Positions 33,339-34,501 of a DNA stretch of 34,501 nucleotides are shown here, in pieces (positions within the stretch are counted from its first letter, which is position 1; each line of letters opens with the position of its first letter). The stretch comes from Octopus bimaculoides (lineage: Eukaryota). Position numbers and translations under genes: made by a program. A model generated the notes under the pieces. That model searched no databases. It saw only the letters and a program-made list of their open reading frames with translations, and was not told the DNA's origin. The stretch lies in contig NC_068982.1 in NCBI RefSeq assembly GCF_001194135.2, forward strand, positions 55,264,477 to 55,298,977. Reading direction: 5' to 3'.

Positions 33339-34501
33339 TTCCTTGAGTTATTACCTAAGTTATTTATTGCCAAATCTTCACATTTTTAGTCTTGAGCCAA
33401 TGACTATTTTTTACATAATGAATTTGCCTACCATATAAACTATTCTGCTTTGCAGAAAACTTTAGCTATATTGGTATTTCTGGCTCTCATTTGTTAAGTA
33501 TTCTAGTGCGTCAATATTTTAACAAAATGATGGTACCTTTATTAATTATATTGTTACTTTGTAAATTAAAAACAAGTAATTGTAATATTCAAATTTTATT
33601 CTTAGCTGCAATATTTTAAGTAAAAATTTTCTTCTTCTGTACTTTACCAGATGTAATAAGTTGTCCTGAACTTTTCCAAGTGTAATAACTCGTCCTGTAA
33701 TTTTCCAGGTTTATAATCTTAAGAACATTATTCCTCTTGCTCGCATTTTTCCATGTAATCCATGTTTTTTCCAGGCTATGCTATTATGCTAATTAATAAT
33801 GTGCCAAATGTGTCAATTAGCGATGCCATCGATAATTTTTTTCCTTACCTCAAAGACGCCAGTGACATATATTAAAAGTCCCTTTATAGAACTATATTAT
33901 CACCCTCAAGTTTGATAAATAAACACTCATAACTTTTTTTCTTTTAAAACAGCATTGCATGAGATTGATACCATGAAATTCCTCGAATTGAGCTCTATTA
34001 TTTAAGCTTAATTAAAATATAGTCTGTTTTAAAATATAAAATTAATTATACTTATATCCAATTATTTACCTTATATTTTTTCATGATATTTTACCTCACA
34101 ACTTTTTTATACACATTTTTGTTGCATGTGACCAAGACTATAAGTCTTCATGTTTTCTATCATTGAAGCTAAGACAAATATATTTTGATTTTAAAATAAA
34201 GAAGTAAACTTGATTAGTAAGCGTTACTTACTCTCCTATAACGTTGCTACAAATTTTGATGCAAACTTATTTTCTACTGGATCAAATCTCAATTTTTTTA
34301 ATGCCAAAATGTAGCTAGGGACCAGCCCTCTTCAAAGATGGTTAAGAACTGAATGAGCGACTAGCTCTGAAAGATGTTGCACGTGAGTAAATTGAGGCCT
34401 TAAGAGCATTATACTTTTTATGAATTATATATATATATATGTATGTATGTAGGAAAATATATGCTCTAATTGTATAGAGGCTTATGAGTATATATGTATA
34501 T

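Noticed and set aside
1936-33373. Most ORF-track entries (HT/VC/YI/ER/SL repeats and X-filled ORFs)
   Set aside because: They are translations of microsatellites or N gaps, not genes.
34340-34390. Strong GTGAGT donor preceded by ELNERLALKDVA
   Set aside because: No good acceptor, and all upstream frames are closed by stops.

Overview
Eukaryotic, AT-rich, repeat-saturated draft-assembly sequence with ten N-gaps. The recurring SINE and microsatellite families look like Octopus repeats; this is recognition from memory, not a database match. No host protein-coding gene can be supported, and nearly all ORFs in the track are microsatellite or N artefacts. The identifiable content is mobile-element debris: several tRNA-derived SINE families; 3' fragments of three LINE clades (RTE with C-terminal C2H2 fingers, R4/Dong-like with restriction-like endonuclease, CR1-like); an internally deleted Helitron with a 23-residue STPR-like repeat array and an intact hairpin+CTRR end; a Tc1/mariner fragment; and hAT and Tigger/pogo MITEs. 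The most interesting unannotated layer is RNA structure. At least five minimal hammerhead-ribozyme-like motifs of the Penelope type occur in short non-coding repeats, including an inverted pair and a bidirectional doublet. A further repeat family carries the hammerhead core halves in reversed order, joined by a stem with a compensatory change. Several long inverted repeats could form dsRNA if transcribed.
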